A program made the position numbers and the translations under genes. A stretch of 32,000 nucleotides of DNA from Edaphobacter aggregans (GTDB lineage Bacteria; Acidobacteriota; Terriglobia; Terriglobales; Acidobacteriaceae): positions 1,710,001 to 1,742,000 of the forward strand of contig NZ_RSDW01000001.1 in the NCBI RefSeq assembly GCF_003945235.1, read 5' to 3'. Position 1 is the first letter of the stretch, and every line of letters begins with the position of its first letter. The notes beneath the pieces were generated by a model, which saw only the letters and a program-made list of their open reading frames with translations, had not been told where the DNA came from and made no database searches. Of this stretch, positions 31,454 to 32,000 are shown piece after piece.

Positions 31454-32000
31454 ATGAACCTCTCCCGTCGTCTTAGTACCATCCTCGGAGCAGCAATCAT
31501 CGCGGGTGCACTCTTCATGGCTCCCGCAGCCCACGCCCGCGTCTTTGTCTCAGTTGGAATAGCGCCCCCGGCCATCCCCGTCTACACCCAGCCCATTGCC
31601 CCCGGCGACGGCTATATCTGGACCCCCGGCTACTGGGCCTGGACCGATGATGGCTACCAGTGGGTCGACGGCGCCTGGGTTCTCCCGCCCTACACCGGAG
31701 CACTTTGGACCCCCGGCTACTGGGGATACGGCCCGTCTGGCTACCTTTGGAACGCAGGCTATTGGGGTCCCACCGTCGGCTACTATGGTGGCATTAACTA
31801 TGGCTTCGGCTACTTCGGAACCGGTTTCTACGGTGGCTATTGGGGCGGCGGACATTACTGGTACAACCGCGCCTACAACAACATCGGCTGGAGAGGCGGC
31901 TACATCTACAATCGCCCCTACAACGGCTATAACGGCCGCCCAGGAGGCAGCAGCTGGACCCGCAACACCTACAACGACAATCGCGGATCCTTCGCGACCG
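31454..32000 (+). CDS. Secreted YXWGXW-repeat (Gly/Tyr/Trp-rich) protein, 3' end cut by window edge
   Basis: This ORF is not in the ORF track because it has no stop in the window. The frame is open from the ATG at 31454 to the window end. Signal peptide: MNLSRRLSTILGAAIIAGALFMAPAAHA. Repeats include GYIWTPGYWAW, YQWVDGAWV, LWTPGYWGY, YLWNAGYWG and GGYWGGGHYWY. Confidence 0.8.
   Translation, partial: MNLSRRLSTILGAAIIAGALFMAPAAHARVFVSVGIAPPAIPVYTQPIAPGDGYIWTPGYWAWTDDGYQWVDGAWVLPPYTGALWTPGYWGYGPSGYLWNAGYWGPTVGYYGGINYGFGYFGTGFYGGYWGGGHYWYNRAYNNIGWRGGYIYNRPYNGYNGRPGGSSWTRNTYNDNRGSFAT

Noticed and set aside
31126-31575. 150-codon upstream extension of murC in the ORF track.
   Set aside because: It reads through the repeat element (…DNNKVDPLPGDDKTGKT…) and overlaps the signal-peptide region of the divergent YXWGXW gene. 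The conserved MurC N-terminus begins at the ATG at 31125.
1-32000. Search for tRNA, rRNA, tmRNA, transposase, integrase, toxin-antitoxin, restriction-modification or other defence genes.
   Set aside because: No T-loop-like GGTTCGAATCC motifs or rRNA-like segments were seen. Every long ORF is accounted for by housekeeping, envelope or carbohydrate functions. I could find no defence or mobile-element protein signature.

Overview
High-GC bacterial chromosomal window. It is probably from an Acidobacteriota (Terriglobia-like) genome, judged from remembered repeat families and gene content, which cannot be verified here. I support 22 CDS and found no rRNA, tRNA, CRISPR array, transposase or integrase.

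Gene order, left to right:
- CPBP protease (partial)
- Na+/H+ antiporter (minus strand)
- membrane-anchored penicillin-acylase-family Ntn hydrolase
- large polytopic GT-C-like membrane protein, translationally coupled to a polyprenyl diphosphate synthase
- a 0.35 kb array of short interspersed repeats
- a compositionally distinct islet carrying an MBL-fold hydrolase and a DJ-1/PfpI protein
- DUF59 Fe-S assembly protein plus a SAM methyltransferase
- tsaE (minus)
- an EF-P family protein with a YeiP/EfpL-type loop
- Tat-exported BNR/Asp-box protein
- MarC (minus)
- nnr (minus)
- a transpeptidase-only PBP (minus)
- ftsZ (minus)
- GAF-fused alpha-glucan phosphorylase (plus)
- GH78 alpha-L-rhamnosidase (minus)
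- ftsA, ftsQ and murC (all minus)
- a partial secreted YXWGXW-repeat protein

Main observations:
1. A palindromic repeat family is inserted in-frame inside at least three unrelated genes on both coding strands. This resembles the Rickettsia palindromic elements.
2. A second group of GTCAT-headed hairpin repeats, often preceded by degenerate GCNGTT hexamer tracts, occurs 8 times. All 8 copies are in the same orientation. One provides the 5' end of a CDS.
3. There is an extreme strand-wide C>G skew, so plus- and minus-strand genes use opposite synonymous codons. Two skew-neutral segments interrupt it.
4. The dcw cluster is broken: 6.4 kb of carbohydrate genes sits between ftsA and ftsZ.

I see no convincing defence, toxin or secretion system.
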